IMG/VR virus record: IMGVR_UViG_3300042997_001997 | Coordinates: 1 to 45,586 of that record | Direction: 5' to 3' (one strand) | Source of the DNA: a virus | Taxonomy: Duplodnaviria; Caudoviricetes | Length of the DNA stretch: 45,586 nucleotides | Shown: one piece after another, positions 1 to 8,763 of the stretch | Layout of the letters: every line of letters starts with the position of its first letter | Position numbering within the stretch: the first letter of the stretch is position 1 | The notes under the pieces: model-generated | Told to the model about the DNA's origin: nothing | Databases searched by the model: none | Seen by the model: only the letters and a program-made list of their open reading frames with translations | Translations under genes and position numbers: made by a program

Positions 1-1
1 A

Positions 2-79
2 AACGAAAACATTTCTAAAAAGAATAAGTTTCCCGATGATAAAAAACTAAGACAGTTTTATCAAGAATATATTAAATAA
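2..79 (+). CDS. 3' end of a truncated CDS (...NENISKKNKFPDDKKLRQFYQEYIK*)
   Basis: Open frame from window edge to TAA at 77-79, followed by a terminator; ENxSKxNK resembles HNH C-termini but is too short to call. Confidence 0.5.
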   Translation, partial: NENISKKNKFPDDKKLRQFYQEYIK

Positions 80-84
80 TTTAC

Positions 85-110
85 AAACCCTCCCACTCGG
101 AGGGTTTTTT
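85..110 (+). terminator. Rho-independent terminator
   Basis: AAACCCTCC-cactc-GGAGGGTTT hairpin followed by a T run. Confidence 0.8.
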
Positions 111-114
111 ATTG

Positions 115-122
115 TATTTATA
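115..122 (+). promoter_or_regulatory. TATTTAT(A) putative phage late promoter (representative copy)
   Basis: Motif recurs on the coding strand shortly upstream of more than 20 start codons in the window. Confidence 0.7.
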
Positions 123-126
123 TAAC

Positions 127-444
127 ATGGGACAAAGATTTATTCTTACAGAACAAGAGAGAAAACAAATTCGTGGGTTATATGAACAAGGACAACCAAC
201 TAATGTACAATTTATGGCAACGGGAACAAAATTTTGTTTCTACGGTAACTGTAGAGTGGATATTAGGGTAATTAATAAGACAACAAGCCAAATACTTGTA
301 AGTAAGGGTTTTGAAGGTAAAGACGTAACACAAGTTTACTCTCAGGTTACTAAAGCCATTCAAGACGATTTAACATCCAAAAATATAACGGGTGTTATCC
401 TTCCAACAATAGAACAACTTCAAGACACAAGTCCAAAGAAATAG
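127..444 (+). CDS. Hypothetical protein with leader MGQRFILTEQERKQIRGLYEQ; putative virion-internal protein
   Basis: ATG at 127 follows TATTTATA and is preferred over TTG at 112. Confidence 0.8.
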   Translation: MGQRFILTEQERKQIRGLYEQGQPTNVQFMATGTKFCFYGNCRVDIRVINKTTSQILVSKGFEGKDVTQVYSQVTKAIQDDLTSKNITGVILPTIEQLQDTSPKK

Positions 445-463
445 TTTTAAATATTTATACTCT

Positions 464-1288
464 ATGAAACAAACCTTAAACGAACAGATAGGTAGAATTA
501 AATCAATGATGAATTTAATTACAGAACAATCGAGCATTATCATATCAATAACGGGAGAACAACCATATTCGACAGATCCAAAAAAGAATATTACAAATTG
601 GGATGATGTTCATGGTTACTTAGGTTCCGTAAAAATGGATGATGATTTAGAACAAAGGGTGGGGGATAAACTAAAGCAAGGTAACTATAGAGTTGTTTCG
701 GTTACCGCCGAATCATATGTTGATGGTGATAAAGTAATCACTGACGGAGAAGCAACATTACAAGTCGATAATAACAATCCCGACATTGCATTTACAACAA
801 GAGGTTCTATAGGTGAAAATTATGTGGCTCGTCATGATGCGCAAGTAAGTGGTTTGATTGATAGGTTATCAAAGTATTATAAAGGTGATGCGAGAAAAAT
901 CTCAACCATAGTAGTTCCAGTTTCAGGAACAACAATTGCGTATAAGCAATCATTCTTTGCGGTTTCAAAAAATTCTCAAACCAATACGCCACAACAAGAG
1001 CAAAGCGTTACAATTAAGGGAATCGATTTAGATGATTTAAGAGCCAAAATATCCGCTTCAACTAAAAATATATCTATTGACGTTTCATCTATTAAAATTG
1101 ACGCTCCTAATTTCTCAGTTAGTTACAAACCAGGAAGTGAGCAAATAAAGACTATGTCATTTATATGGGACGATAGAGGTGATTTAGAAAGAAGATTCGA
1201 AGGTATTCAAGCAAAAAATCCAACAATGGAAAAAATAGAAAACGGAACAATACAAAATATCCAATGGGCGTTATCTATCATTCGTTAA
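464..1288 (+). CDS. Hypothetical protein with leader MKQTLNEQIGRIKSMMNLITEQ
   Basis: 274-aa ORF, TATTTATA at 452-459. Confidence 0.85.
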   Translation: MKQTLNEQIGRIKSMMNLITEQSSIIISITGEQPYSTDPKKNITNWDDVHGYLGSVKMDDDLEQRVGDKLKQGNYRVVSVTAESYVDGDKVITDGEATLQVDNNNPDIAFTTRGSIGENYVARHDAQVSGLIDRLSKYYKGDARKISTIVVPVSGTTIAYKQSFFAVSKNSQTNTPQQEQSVTIKGIDLDDLRAKISASTKNISIDVSSIKIDAPNFSVSYKPGSEQIKTMSFIWDDRGDLERRFEGIQAKNPTMEKIENGTIQNIQWALSIIR

Positions 1289-1308
1289 ACAAGTATATTT
1301 ATTAACAC

Positions 1309-2484
1309 ATGAGGTTAATCATATCCGAATCACAATTAAAAAGAATTATAGCGGAGCAGTCCACACCAACACTTACGCCGTCAAATCTTCAACCTACAAC
1401 AAATGTAGCATCGGGTACAATAAATCCAACAGATGGTCCTTCCCAAGGGAACATTCACGACTTTATGGCGGCTCTTGCAATCGGCACAGCATTTATACCT
1501 GTTGCGGGAATTTTTATTTCAGCAACAATCGGTATGGCGGACGCAGCGTTGTACTATAATGAAGGAGATAAAAAAACAGCAGGACTTGTGGGTGGACTTT
1601 CTATGTTACCATTTGTGGGTAAGATAGTCGCAAAAATACCAGGTATTAAAGAATTGGGTATTAAGGGAATGGCAGCGTTGGCGGGTAAGTTGGGTATTGG
1701 TGCTAAAAATTTAACAAAAGCGGAAGCAGAAATTGCGCAAGCCATTAGTAATAATTCGGTTATAATTCAAAATGAATTAACTAAACTCGCCCCAAAGTTA
1801 AAAAGTATAGTTAATGAAGTGATAGCCTCAAAAGCCCCTTATGTTCAAAAATATGGTGAGAGAGCATATAACGATTTATTAAAAAAATATCTATTTGGTG
1901 GTGTTGATAAAAAAGGATTTGTTAATACATTAAAGGGTGTTAAAAATCCTACCATAAAAATTAAACCTGTATTAGGCGGTGGTTCAGATCACAGGGTGTT
2001 TCAATCAGCAACAAACCCTAATGTTGTATTTAAAGCTGAAGTAAGAGCTGGTGAAGTTAATCTATGGTATGATACATTTAAAAAATATCCGAATATATTT
2101 GCAAAACCTTTAAAAATAGTAAAAGTAAAAGGTTATGATGGTGCACTTTTAAATGCTGTCGCAATTGAAAAATTAAATGTGACACCATTTTATACACTAT
2201 GGGATGATTTAACTAAAGTGGGTGGAAAACTTAAAAATATAAGAATAAATGATGGTGACAGAGGGTTAGAAGAGGTTCTAAAAAATCTTGGGAATGTCAC
2301 AAATAAACAAAAATGGAACGACATTATGGTCTTAGCAAAAAAGGAATATCCCAATTTGGTTCAAAAGATAGATGAATTAAACAACATGATTAATAAATTA
2401 TATAAAATAACTCCGAAACCAGATATTAGACAATTCAATCTTGGTTATGACGAGAATGGTGTATTAAAAGCTTTGGATATATAA
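1309..2484 (+). CDS. Leader + hydrophobic pre-toxin-like module + C-terminal protein-kinase-like domain
   Basis: LGGGSDHRVF Gly loop, VVFK lysine, DIRQFN catalytic loop, terminal ALDI; Gly/Ala-rich hydrophobic segment at about aa 50-130. Confidence 0.65.
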   Translation: MRLIISESQLKRIIAEQSTPTLTPSNLQPTTNVASGTINPTDGPSQGNIHDFMAALAIGTAFIPVAGIFISATIGMADAALYYNEGDKKTAGLVGGLSMLPFVGKIVAKIPGIKELGIKGMAALAGKLGIGAKNLTKAEAEIAQAISNNSVIIQNELTKLAPKLKSIVNEVIASKAPYVQKYGERAYNDLLKKYLFGGVDKKGFVNTLKGVKNPTIKIKPVLGGGSDHRVFQSATNPNVVFKAEVRAGEVNLWYDTFKKYPNIFAKPLKIVKVKGYDGALLNAVAIEKLNVTPFYTLWDDLTKVGGKLKNIRINDGDRGLEEVLKNLGNVTNKQKWNDIMVLAKKEYPNLVQKIDELNNMINKLYKITPKPDIRQFNLGYDENGVLKALDI

Positions 2485-2491
2485 AGATACC

Positions 2492-2573
2492 CAGGGTTTG
2501 AAGACCCTGCTTAGGACCGGGACTAGTTACATAGTACCGTTGGGACATGAATTCGCTACTCATGTCCCTTTTT
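2492..2573 (+). ncRNA. Three-hairpin intergenic RNA element ending in a terminator-like stem
   Basis: CAGGGT/ACCCTG, CGG-ACTA/TAGT-CCG and GGGACATGA/TCATGTCCC stems followed by TTTTT. Confidence 0.45.
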
Positions 2574-2591
2574 GATATATTTATATAGTAT

Positions 2592-3302
2592 ATGAAATTC
2601 AGTGATATTTTAATTTTAGAAGAAACTAACATAAACCCTAAGAATTTAAAATTCGGCGATAGGGGTGATGATGTTAAGAAATTACAACAATTATTAATGG
2701 ATAAGGGGCTTCTTAAGACTACGTCTATGAAACCCACAGGATACTTCGGTAAATTGACAAGAGCCGCATTAGATAAAGCTAAGGGCGTAAAGAATACATC
2801 TGTAGTATCTAAGCAAGTTACATCTAAACAAGTTGAACCAAAGAAAGCTGAAACGCAACGTAATACCGTTGTATTGGTTGGTGGTTTAAACTATCGTTCT
2901 GGTGATAAATCAACATCTGAGCAAGCGTCCATGTTAAGTAACGCAATCGGTATGTCGGTTAAAGGATTTGATTATAATGCCGCTGATGGTACTATATTAG
3001 CTTTTATGAAAGCAAACCAAGGCGCCCCAATATTCTTATTTAGCGCAGGATGTAATAAAGCATTGATGCTTAGTAAATCGGAGTATGTTGATAAATCATC
3101 ATTATTCATTATTGAACCATACGCTACCAGTGCAAATGTAAGAGCAATTGTTAGTGGTGCAGTAAATAATGGAGTTCCTGCAAGTCACGTGTTTGTGGGT
3201 GGAAATTCATCAAGAGGTTTGGGTGCGGTTAGTGGAGCATCTAAATCTAATGCAAAATCTCATTGGGACGCGATTGCATCCGTTGGGAAGATGGTTATGT
3301 AA
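2592..3302 (+). CDS. PG-binding domain protein with possible alpha/beta-hydrolase-like C-terminal domain
   Basis: LKFGDRGDDVKKLQQLL...TGYFGKLTRAAL (PG_binding_1 pattern); LFSAG elbow-like motif; late His in SHWD; leader MKFSDILILEE. Confidence 0.7.
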   Translation: MKFSDILILEETNINPKNLKFGDRGDDVKKLQQLLMDKGLLKTTSMKPTGYFGKLTRAALDKAKGVKNTSVVSKQVTSKQVEPKKAETQRNTVVLVGGLNYRSGDKSTSEQASMLSNAIGMSVKGFDYNAADGTILAFMKANQGAPIFLFSAGCNKALMLSKSEYVDKSSLFIIEPYATSANVRAIVSGAVNNGVPASHVFVGGNSSRGLGAVSGASKSNAKSHWDAIASVGKMVM

Positions 3303-3331
3303 AACAAACAATTAACAAATATTTATATAGT

Positions 3332-3868
3332 ATGTACAAGAATTTTAATTTAACAGACAAAGAGAGACAGCAAATTATGGAACAACATAAGTCTCACGGT
3401 TACAAAAAACCATTGAATGAAAACAGTCAACAAGCTATGGCTATGTTGCAACAAGAAACCCAAACATTTAATCAAGAGGTTGATGAAGATTTAACACCAG
3501 AAGAATATAAGGAAGTAATGTGTTCTGATCCTAATCAAATTGAAATGCCACAAAATCTTGATGATGCACAAAAACAAAAGGCTGAAGAATTTAAAATGGC
3601 AGCAAGCAAAGCGACGCGTGAACAATTGAAGGAAGCAAAACAACAAATAAAAGCTTTAAAGAATCAACAACAACAAAACGAACAAGGGGTACCTGCATTG
3701 GTAACCATATTAGGTGTTAGCATGAATCCTGGTGTTGCAATTGCGCTTGGTTTGGTTCTATTTGTGGTTGTATTATCATTTTTAGGTAGAATGTTTAGAA
3801 CAAAAAGAACAACATATTTCTGTGATGGTACAAGATCTCGCGGACTTTTTGGGCTTCTAAGATGGTAA
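3332..3868 (+). CDS. Leader-bearing protein with C-terminal transmembrane helix
   Basis: Start reassigned to ATG 3332 after TATTTATA (3320-3327); VAIALGLVLFVVVLSFLG TM segment. Confidence 0.8.
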   Translation: MYKNFNLTDKERQQIMEQHKSHGYKKPLNENSQQAMAMLQQETQTFNQEVDEDLTPEEYKEVMCSDPNQIEMPQNLDDAQKQKAEEFKMAASKATREQLKEAKQQIKALKNQQQQNEQGVPALVTILGVSMNPGVAIALGLVLFVVVLSFLGRMFRTKRTTYFCDGTRSRGLFGLLRW

Positions 3869-3911
3869 TTGATAAAATGTAGATATTTATAGATACAAAA
3901 AATAAATTAAC

Positions 3912-4202
3912 ATGGAAGAAACAAACAATTTACCGATTAACGGAACCGGAACGGTTTATCACACATCTGATTGTGGAGAGCCGCAAGTAAAAGCATACAC
4001 CGATGGTGGTGCTACATTAGTATCAGATGATTGCGGTGCTTGTAGCGATGTTCACCCTGATTTGGTTACAATAATGTTTGAAGTGCTAACAGCAGGAAGA
4101 GAACGCGTTGAACCATTATATGGTTTTAACGTTCATTATTGGACAATTGAGGAATTGCACCAAGCATACAAAGCAAAAACAGGTAACGACTTTATCGCAT
4201 AA
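3912..4202 (+). CDS. Hypothetical protein
   Basis: 96-aa ORF between TATTTATA (3884) and a terminator. Confidence 0.75.
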   Translation: MEETNNLPINGTGTVYHTSDCGEPQVKAYTDGGATLVSDDCGACSDVHPDLVTIMFEVLTAGRERVEPLYGFNVHYWTIEELHQAYKAKTGNDFIA

Positions 4203-4233
4203 AAAAAAGCCCTTCATTTAGAAGGGTTTTTTT
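4201..4233. terminator. Bidirectional terminator
   Basis: A-run + GCCCTTC-attta-GAAGGGT + T-run between convergent genes. Confidence 0.8.
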
Positions 4234-4234
4234 A

Positions 4235-5338
4235 TTATATGTTTAATCCAAAGATTTTATTTTTATTATCAGGACTTAGTCTTTCATATTCCTGTTTTTG
4301 TAATTCACTTCTATCATCATTTACATTTTTTGGTGAAATAACCGGTGCAAATGGTATTGCGTTTAAGTTCACTTTATTAGAATAATCGACAACTATATCC
4401 ATACTTCTTACACCCTTCTTTGATAAGTATTGTCTATAATACTGCACAAAATCGTCTATCCTATCAACCAAATCAATACAACCAATTGAACCTGCAAATG
4501 CACCGCCATGTAAGAAGAAGCCGCCTCTACCAAATGTTTCAGTTCCACCTTTCTTTGTAATTGGTAATCTATAATTTCCCCATGCACATTGATCTTGTAT
4601 TGTTCCACTATTAAAATTGTGATTGTCACCTATTTTTTCAAATTCATCTTTCACCATTTTCCCAATTTGCTCCCATGTCTTGTTTCCAGCTAATTTAAGC
4701 GCATTGCCGTTGGTTCTCGCCTGTATTGAACTAATTGTATAGTTACCTTGCGGTATTGGTCCATTATCTTTCATCCTCATGAATTCAATTTTAGTTAACG
4801 TAGTTGCTAATTGTTTTTGATAAGGGGTTAACGTATTCCATAGTTGTCTACCGCTCCATGCATTCCATTGTCTTAATATTCTACCGTTTTCCACCCAACT
4901 AAATGTTTTACCATTAAAAACAAGGTATGCGAGCGAACTTGTTTTTTCTTTTGTTGTATTTGGTACAACTGGTGTTGTTGGTTTTACAACAACTGTGTTA
5001 AAATTTAACGCTTTTTTTGTTAAAGGTCCAATTGTATTCGTTTCCCCTGATATTTTATTCTTCTCTTGAAATTTTGCTAATGCTAATTTTGTTCCTTTTC
5101 CAAAATCACCATCAATTCCGTTGTTTACGTTTGTATACTTTGTTAACATTGGTGCAAACTCTGTTTTGCTAAGTGCTGTTTGTAATTTTTTAACATCGTC
5201 TTTCGACATTGGTGTTGAGCTAGGTTTGGTGCTACCACTACCACTACCATCAACGGGTAATGATTCCACATCTTCATTTAATACACCTGATACAATTTTC
5301 TTTAATTGCGCTTCTGTGATTTTATAAACTTTCTTCAT
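4235..5338 (-). CDS. Leader + PG-binding domain + Tlde1/DUF2778-like L,D-transpeptidase-fold domain
   Basis: IDGDFGKGTKLALAKFQ; GPIPQGNY; RGGFFLHGG...GSIGCI catalytic His/Cys motif. Confidence 0.8.
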   Translation of the reverse strand: MKKVYKITEAQLKKIVSGVLNEDVESLPVDGSGSGSTKPSSTPMSKDDVKKLQTALSKTEFAPMLTKYTNVNNGIDGDFGKGTKLALAKFQEKNKISGETNTIGPLTKKALNFNTVVVKPTTPVVPNTTKEKTSSLAYLVFNGKTFSWVENGRILRQWNAWSGRQLWNTLTPYQKQLATTLTKIEFMRMKDNGPIPQGNYTISSIQARTNGNALKLAGNKTWEQIGKMVKDEFEKIGDNHNFNSGTIQDQCAWGNYRLPITKKGGTETFGRGGFFLHGGAFAGSIGCIDLVDRIDDFVQYYRQYLSKKGVRSMDIVVDYSNKVNLNAIPFAPVISPKNVNDDRSELQKQEYERLSPDNKNKIFGLNI

Positions 5339-5369
5339 ATAACGACTTGTCTATATAAATATGTAAAAA

Positions 5370-5882
5370 TTACCTTTTAACATATACTAAACTGCCATTT
5401 TTAACCATATCGATTATTTTTTTATTGGTTTCTTCCGGTGTGGCAAAACATCCCCACGAATATTTGGTTTTCATTAATCTGTTTGAATGGAATATGATTG
5501 CACGTATTTCAGCGTTGTTATTAGTCGATTCTAAGCCCTTTACTATCATTGAGTACCCGAAACGTCCGACATATGTTCCTTTCGTCTGATAAGCCCCTGG
5601 TGATGATTTTTTGGTATTCACAACATTGCTGTAATCTGTTGCAAATGTTAACCCGCTATTTCTTGCGTGAGCCACTATGGATCGTAGAACAATGATTGAT
5701 TTTTTCATATCTACCACGAATAACCTGACATCATCTATGGGTTTGGTATAATCTATAATAACCACATAATGCTTGTTGGGGGTGTTGTGTGCCATTTGCT
5801 TTTGTTTGGCTAAATCTATAATGGCTTTATCCTCATTGATAATCAGTGAGTTAAACATCATTAATAACATCAGTTTAAACAT
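5370..5882 (-). CDS. L,D-transpeptidase catalytic-domain protein (YkuD_2-like)
   Basis: VIIDYTKP...RLFVVDM, VAHARNSG, SSPGAYQT, NNAEIRAIIFH...SWGCF; hydrophobic N-terminus. Confidence 0.85.
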   Translation of the reverse strand: MFKLMLLMMFNSLIINEDKAIIDLAKQKQMAHNTPNKHYVVIIDYTKPIDDVRLFVVDMKKSIIVLRSIVAHARNSGLTFATDYSNVVNTKKSSPGAYQTKGTYVGRFGYSMIVKGLESTNNNAEIRAIIFHSNRLMKTKYSWGCFATPEETNKKIIDMVKNGSLVYVKR

Positions 5883-5899
5883 ATACTATAATTTGAATA

Positions 5900-5907
5900 C
5901 AAAGATA
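5900..5907 (-). promoter_or_regulatory. Bacteroidota-type -7 promoter element (TATCTTTG)
   Basis: Matches TAnnTTTG about 18 nt upstream of the ATG at 5882. Confidence 0.6.
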
Positions 5908-6028
5908 TGGGAAATAATTAATAATACAAAAAAAATTTATGCTCCGATACCCCCGTTCGCACTCCGACCGCCTCGTTCGCGGTTTTTTATGTCTCTCTTT
6001 AAATTGGCGCATTATTATAAAAGAGTTA

Positions 6029-6036
6029 TATCTTTG
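6029..6036 (+). promoter_or_regulatory. Bacteroidota-type -7 promoter element (TATCTTTG)
   Basis: TAnnTTTG upstream of ATG 6055. Confidence 0.6.
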
Positions 6037-6054
6037 CAATCTAAAAATAACATT

Positions 6055-6162
6055 ATGCCAGTAGTTAGAGGAACCCGTTATTCGTATCGCACAAAGAGTG
6101 GTGGGATTGTTACCAGAACCCGTAAACCACATGTTCGGAAATCACCCAAAAAAAGAAGGTAA
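6055..6162 (+). CDS. 35-aa highly basic peptide MPVVRGTRYSYRTKSGGIVTRTRKPHVRKSPKKRR
   Basis: ATG after -7 element and A-rich leader; only this 3' part of the listed 5773 ORF is plausible. Confidence 0.6.
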   Translation: MPVVRGTRYSYRTKSGGIVTRTRKPHVRKSPKKRR

Positions 6163-6203
6163 TAAATGGTTTTGCCCTGATATTTATTTAAAAATAAAAA
6201 TAG

Positions 6204-8627
6204 ATGTCACAAGCTTCACGTAATCACATTAAAATAGGATCTTCAGATAAAAATTCAATATTCGACGGAACATTTAGTTACGGGGCAAGCGGTGGCGATG
6301 ATTATGGTCCAAGTTCAATTACGGGTTTTTATAATGGTGTACCAATTCCTGTGGGTGGTTATGTTATATATGTAAACAACAATGGTGTAATAACAGCACA
6401 TGCGCCGAAAAACGATGCTGAATGTTTATTTTATCTAAACCAATATGGTGCAAATGCAAATAACATATCCGATGCTCTTTCATGGGCAAGTTCGGAATTA
6501 AATTTGGATGTTCGTTCAAACGAATATCAGGTAAATGAATTAAGCGGCGGTGTTACGCCAACCCCAACACCAACTATTACACCAACAATATCTGTTACAC
6601 CAACGGTTACCGGTACACCAACTCAAACGCCGACGAATACATCGACTCCAACTAATACACCAACTGCAACAGTCACACCAACTCCAACATCTAGTGAAAT
6701 AATTCCTGATACACCTACACCAACACCTACCAATACTACAACACCAACACCAACACCAACTACCACATCAACTTATTATTACTATTATTTATTAAATTGT
6801 AATTTAGTTGATAACAAATATGGTAGAAGTATAAACCCTTCATTAAGTGGTGATACATTTAATATTAGTGGTAATACTTGTTATTCAATCGTAGGTAATG
6901 ACCCTGGACCTTATTATGATTATGATTTGGATATTGCAACTTTAGTTACAGATTGTACAGATGTGTCATGTGACGGACCAACACCAACACCAACTAATAC
7001 TCCAACAGAAACACCTACAAATACACCAACGGTAACTCCTACGCAAACGCCAACAGAAACACCTACGAATACACCAACTCCAACTCCAACTGATTCGAGT
7101 TCAATAACTACATACACAATTTCAGGATGTACTAATCTAAATGTTTTAGTTGTCGATTTAGGACCAGGATTTATAGTTCTTGGAGATGTAAACTATTACA
7201 CATTCACAGGAGCAACACCAAGTGGGTGTTATTCAGTCATTGGTAAGATAAATGCTCCGATAGACGACGCGTTTACCACATCATTTGGAACTGGTGGATG
7301 TAATGATTGTGAGAGTACTTATATAACTCCAACCCCAACTCCTACGAATACCGAAACTCCTACTCCTACTCCTACAGAAACTGAAGTATTAACACCAACT
7401 CCTACGAATACCGAAACTCCTACTCCTACTCCTACAGAAACTGAAGTATTAACACCAACACCAACTCCGACAGCAACAAGTACACCAACTCCAACTCCGA
7501 CAGCAACAAGTACACCTACACCTACACCTACACCTACAATTGATTTAAGTGCAGTAACAACTTATACAATTTCGGGATGTACTAGTTCAAATACACTTAT
7601 TGCAAATTTAATAAGTTCAAACTTAGCGCCGGGTGATACTTTCTTTTTAGAATTTACAGGTGCAACTTTAAGCGAGTGTTATACTATTGTTAATAAAATT
7701 GATGCAACACCTGATGACGGAAGTTTTCCAATTACGTTCTACCCTAATTGTGTTGATTGTATCAATGCAACAACTACAACTCCTACACCAACACCAACCG
7801 TTACATCAAGTGAAACTCCTACTCCGACACCTACTAATACAACAACACCTACCGAAACCCCAACTAACACACCAACATCTACTCCAACGGAGACGCCGAC
7901 TAATACGCCTACCCCAACTAACACACCAATTCCAGATTTAGTTACAAACGGTTTAGTTATTCAATTAGATGCTTATGATAGTACAAGTTATTCTGGCGGA
8001 ACAACTGTTTTTGATATTACAAGTGGATATAACCATACATTAACAGGTGCGAATTACGTAGTTCTTAACGGTATTAAATGTTTTGATTGTACAACAGGAA
8101 CTAATAGAGTTGTTGTGAATGGAACGGGTCCTACATTACCAACAAGTGGATATACATATATTACTTGGGCAAGAATGTTAACAAGTAATACTGCATTTAG
8201 AACATTACTTTATACAAACTCACCAAAATACACACCAATTACTATCCCTAATGGGACAAACACATTAGGATATTGGGATTCCGAGTTTAGAAATTCGGGA
8301 TATGATGTTTCATCTGAAGGTGGTATTTGGGTTCAATTTGCAGTGGTTGGAACTAACTCATCTCAAACATTCTACATAAATGGTTCACAAGTGGGAAGTA
8401 CAATTGCTTTCGGTGCCGGTGGAACAACACATTGGGGATGGGGTAATAATGATTTAACAGGTCAACCTTGGGGACACGTTGCCAATATGTATTTCTACAA
8501 TAGACAATTATCTCTTTCTGAAATCACACAACAATATAATTTCTTGGCACCAAGATTTGTGGAACAAACACCAACTCCAACACCTACAGTTACACCAACA
8601 ATCACACCTACCAATACATTATACTAA
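6204..8627 (+). CDS. Thr-Pro-rich (mucin-like) multidomain protein with C-terminal LamG/ConA-like domain; putative virion fibre or decoration protein
   Basis: Five PT/TP tracts, three Cys-containing modules, [12 protein letters not shown]...FYING...[15 protein letters not shown] pattern; TATTTAT at 6181. Confidence 0.8.
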   Translation: MSQASRNHIKIGSSDKNSIFDGTFSYGASGGDDYGPSSITGFYNGVPIPVGGYVIYVNNNGVITAHAPKNDAECLFYLNQYGANANNISDALSWASSELNLDVRSNEYQVNELSGGVTPTPTPTITPTISVTPTVTGTPTQTPTNTSTPTNTPTATVTPTPTSSEIIPDTPTPTPTNTTTPTPTPTTTSTYYYYYLLNCNLVDNKYGRSINPSLSGDTFNISGNTCYSIVGNDPGPYYDYDLDIATLVTDCTDVSCDGPTPTPTNTPTETPTNTPTVTPTQTPTETPTNTPTPTPTDSSSITTYTISGCTNLNVLVVDLGPGFIVLGDVNYYTFTGATPSGCYSVIGKINAPIDDAFTTSFGTGGCNDCESTYITPTPTPTNTETPTPTPTETEVLTPTPTNTETPTPTPTETEVLTPTPTPTATSTPTPTPTATSTPTPTPTPTIDLSAVTTYTISGCTSSNTLIANLISSNLAPGDTFFLEFTGATLSECYTIVNKIDATPDDGSFPITFYPNCVDCINATTTTPTPTPTVTSSETPTPTPTNTTTPTETPTNTPTSTPTETPTNTPTPTNTPIPDLVTNGLVIQLDAYDSTSYSGGTTVFDITSGYNHTLTGANYVVLNGIKCFDCTTGTNRVVVNGTGPTLPTSGYTYITWARMLTSNTAFRTLLYTNSPKYTPITIPNGTNTLGYWDSEFRNSGYDVSSEGGIWVQFAVVGTNSSQTFYINGSQVGSTIAFGAGGTTHWGWGNNDLTGQPWGHVANMYFYNRQLSLSEITQQYNFLAPRFVEQTPTPTPTVTPTITPTNTLY
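7335..7516 (+). repeat. Intragenic tandem duplications (60 bp x2, then 30 bp x2)
   Basis: 7341-7399 equals 7401-7459; CCAACTCCGACAGCAACAAGTACACC at 7461 and 7491. Confidence 0.9.
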
Positions 8628-8649
8628 ACATAAATAAAAACAAAAAAAT

Positions 8650-8763
8650 ATGGGAACAGCAGCTCCAAAACCACGTGCTATGAGAAGTAGACGTTCAGGA
8701 ATTAAAAAATTAGAAATAGTAAAAAAGAATTTAGAAATTCTTAAAAAACTTAAGGGTAATTAA
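8650..8763 (+). CDS. 37-aa basic peptide MGTAAPKPRAMRSRRSGIKKLEIVKKNLEILKKLKGN (not in ORF track)
   Basis: ATG after A-rich leader; exactly fills the gap, stop overlaps the convergent gene's stop. Confidence 0.65.
   Translation: MGTAAPKPRAMRSRRSGIKKLEIVKKNLEILKKLKGN

Noticed and set aside
5773-6132. Full-length ORFs 5773 (+) and 5875 (-)
   Set aside because: They span a divergent promoter region and overlap the transpeptidase gene; only 6055-6162 is kept.
6920-7941. Val-Gly antisense ORFs and the alternative-frame ORF at 7687
   Set aside because: Shadows of the Thr-Pro repeat codons.
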